Source: an uncultured virus (IMG/VR IMGVR_UViG_2061766007_000155) (Duplodnaviria > Heunggongvirae > Uroviricota > Caudoviricetes). Taken from it: a stretch of DNA of 20,000 nt. How positions within the stretch are numbered: position 1 is the first letter of the stretch; every line of letters starts with the position of its first letter. The notes beneath the pieces are model-generated. The model did not search any database. It saw nothing but the letters and a program-made list of their open reading frames with translations, and was not told the DNA's origin. Below, in pieces: positions 17,315 to 20,000 of the stretch. The DNA lies in the IMG/VR virus record IMGVR_UViG_2061766007_000155; one strand, given 5' to 3'. The position numbers and the translations under genes are program-made.

Positions 17315-19486
17315 ATGATGGATTTCTCCAAGAAAATCGAAGACCGGATTGCACAAATCCTGGAAACGAAGCGCGAATTCAACGTCCTCTACGTGACGGA
17401 CGACAATTCCCGTCTCGCATGCGTGCGCGGCTACAACGCCATGCAGCAGTTCAAGCAGTTCTACAGCTCCATCGCCGAGGTGACGCTCACCTCGATGGAC
17501 AGCAAGACTTTCTGCCGTACCAAGCCGGACCTCTCCGGCTACAGCGTCGTGTGGGTCGACAACATCATCAACCGCCAGTTCAACGACATCATGATGGAAC
17601 GCATGCGCGAAGCCTTCTCGAAGGTCGCACCGGGCTGGAAGGAAGAGGCCGAATCCCTCAAGGCCGACCAGGAAAAGTACGACGAGTACATGAAGGGCGC
17701 TAACGAGTTCCGTTCACTCACTCTCCGCGTAGTGTACGCGCTCGATGAATTTGTCTGGGATGCCCCGGCAGCCCGCAACAAGACCATTATCGAAGCCAAG
17801 CTCGTGGCAGACTGCCTCGACTACGCCGATACCATCGTTGTCCCGAATAACGAGCTCCGTACCGCCCTCGTGCAGCTCGAGCTCGTCGCCGAGGACAAGG
17901 ACGTCGTCATCATCCCGTCCTTCGTGTCAAGCTACTTCTACCCGACGCACAAGGTATTCCTGAAGTCCAAGGGCGGCTTCACCGCCATCCGCAAGCCGAA
18001 GATTCTCGTGAAGGGCACGGACATCCCGCAGAACGTCCAGAACCTCATCATCCACGGCACCGACGAATACGACTTCACCATCTCCACCGTGGCCGACCTC
18101 GACCCGCGCCTGATGGAACTCCTCCGTCCGCGCAGCAAGAAGGAAGGNNNNNNNNNNGCCCATCCTGAAGGTGAGCGCGGAATCGTCGTATACCCAGTAC
18201 AGCAGGTCTCCCGGTAGGGACGAGCGTACGATTACGTTGAGGAGGTGTTCCGGGAGGGTCCCGGCNNNNNNNNNNCTACGCCAAGTTCATGGACTCGGCC
18301 AACGAGTACCGTTCCCTGAGCCTTCGCGTGGTCTACGCCCTCGACGAGTTCGTGTGGGACGCCCCGGCAGGCCGCAACAAGACAATCGTCGAGGCCAAGA
18401 TGGTCGCGGNNNNNNNNNNNNNNNNNNNNNNNNNNNNNNNNNNCGAACAACGAGATGCGCACCGCGCTCGTCCAACTCGGCCTCGTGTCCGAGGAGAAGG
18501 ACGTGGTAATCATCCCGACCTTCGTGTCCGGCCAGTTCTACCCGACCCACAAGGTGTTCCTCCGTTCCGCCAACTCCTCCACGGTCATCCGCCGCCCGAA
18601 GATTCTCGTCAAGGGCACGGAAATCCCGAAGAACGTGCAGAACTTCATCATCCACGGCACCGACGAGTACGACTTCACCATCTGCACGGTGTCCGAGCTC
18701 GACCCGCGCCTGATGGAACTCCTCCGCCCGCGCAGCAAGAAGGAAGGACCGCTCGTCCGTCACATTATGCACTGGGCAAACCCGTACGTCACCAGCAAGA
18801 ACGCCATGGAGACCATGGCAATGGAACGTGACGCCGGTTTCGACTTCGTGCTCCTCACGGAACCCGAACATGTCGACGAGGATATCTACAACATCACCGA
18901 CACNNNNNNNNNNAACGGACATCCCGCAGAACGTCCAGAACCTAATCATCCACGGCACCGACGAATACGACTTCACCATTTCCACCGTGGCCGANNNNNN
19001 NNNNCGACACTGACGCAATCCTGGCCATCTCGTCCGGTTCCGTCGTGTTCGCCCAGATTGCCGAGGCCGAGTTCGCACCTGGCGTGCACATCTGCAACGA
19101 ATGCGGCAAGGACTTCGTGTTNNNNNNNNNNTGACACCGACGCAATCCTGGCAATCTCGTCCGGTTCTGTCGTGTTCGCCCAGATTGCCGAGGCCGAATT
19201 CGCACCTGGCGTGCACATCTGCAACGAATGCGGAAAGGACTTCGTGTTCGGCACGGACACGAGCGTCAAGGAACTCATGGCCATGCTCGAGAAGTGGCGA
19301 ATCACCGTCAACTGGGACGAGGCCTACACCAAGCAGCGCACCCTCCTCGAACACCGCCTGGTGTCCGACCCCCAGGTGCTCGCGGGATACTTCCACGCGA
19401 TGCTCGGCAAGCGCGTGAGCTCCGAACTCAAGACCAAGTTCGACGCCGCCACGGCTAAACTGAAGGCAAAGAAGCAGGAAGAATAG
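17315..19486 (+). CDS. GT-B-fold glycosyltransferase-like protein (divergent), multi-allele fragments; ~445 aa collapsed
   Basis: NVLYVTDD..ACVRG, RVVYALDEFVW, ADTIVVPNNEL, DVVIIPSFV, DFVLL....DIYN...AISSG parallel GT4-like motifs (vvyDiDD, aD.v.vst..L, v.viPN, FN..KS..K.lE...G). Confidence 0.5.
18158..18265 (-). other. Orphan coding fragment between N-gaps, unrelated to the flanking gene
   Basis: Minus strand reads AGTLPEHLLNVIVRSSLPGDLLYWVYDDSALTFRMG; may belong to the minus-strand gene at the window's right end. Confidence 0.45.
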
Positions 19487-19487
19487 A

Positions 19488-19603
19488 ATGGCCGAGTCGC
19501 GGTTCTACGTAGTGAAGTACGACGCGCTTAGTTTCGAGGCCGACCCGGACAGACCGGGCCGGTCCCGTTCTTATGCGTACGACGAGGTGTCTCCCCCGAC
19601 GCC
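19488..19603 (+). CDS. Hypothetical protein, N-terminal fragment truncated by a gap
   Basis: ATG 1 nt after the preceding stop; MAESRFYVVKYDALSFEADP... Confidence 0.45.
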
Positions 19604-19674
19604 NNNNNNNNNNGTCGATTTCCTGTGCAGCGAACAGCTTGTTCACGGCGTCGACGCTTGTACCNNNNNNNNNN

Positions 19675-20000
19675 CTCGATTTCCTGTGCAGCGAACAGCT
19701 TGTTCACGGCGTCGACGCTGGTGCCTTCCAGCGCGATGGACTCCATGACACTCTGCAGCTTCTCGTGCCCGAGGGTGAACTCGAGGTCGAGACTGACTAC
19801 TTCCTGCGAGATGTTGTTCCGGACGAGGGAATTCACGTAGATTGGTAGCTCCATCACCTTTCCCCCGGGAAGCAGACCGTCCACGAACAGCTTGCCGTAA
19901 CTTCCGCTGCTCGGGTTGCCGACGACCCCGGCGTCACACACAATCTTGGTGCGTCCTGCCGGCAGCCCGTTCATGGGCACGATGAACTCGAACGCGTGCA
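19675..20000 (-). CDS. Partial hypothetical protein, possibly structural (baseplate hub-like)
   Basis: Open frame entering from the window's edge: HAFEFIVPMNGLPAG...SIALEGTSVDAVNKLFAAQEIE; a second allele fragment at 19614-19664; function is a guess from the beta-rich pattern. Confidence 0.5.

Noticed and set aside
1..20000. Stop-codon reassignment
   Set aside because: TAG, TAA and TGA all end genes at sensible positions (e.g. 307, 3748, 11994, 14935) and conserved ORFs are uninterrupted apart from gaps
1..20000. Specific host assignment (codon style and promoter motif suggested a Fibrobacter-like gut or rumen host)
   Set aside because: Impression only; cannot be supported without spacer matches or genome comparison
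1..20000. tRNA or rRNA genes
   Set aside because: Intergenic spaces are short and show no cloverleaf or T-loop signature

Overview
A 20 kb stretch of a large T4-like (myovirus-type, probably jumbo) bacteriophage genome from a mixed-strain assembly. About 30 N-gaps (mostly 10 N) join near-duplicate fragments, so several alleles of the same genes are concatenated, some inverted. Collapsed gene order: 3' end of a family B DNA polymerase, ThyX, a membrane protein, a minus-strand hypothetical, clamp loader large and small subunits (gp44/gp62-like), an ankyrin-like protein (minus), a very large tail sheath (~1,340 aa reconstructed by hand, with at least three alleles of an internal beta-rich module), tail tube, terminator, UvsY, a Zn-ribbon protein, a possible small terminase, a Lys/Ala coiled-coil protein, a gp47/Mre11-like nuclease, a degenerate GT-B glycosyltransferase-like protein and a partial minus-strand gene. 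The most notable signals are the swappable sheath module, a recurring CTAGTTTTCCT element that pairs with the downstream ribosome-binding site, and two promoter-like motif classes (TTGCTATATTT and ATAAACT). All product calls come from motif recognition by eye; no database search was run.
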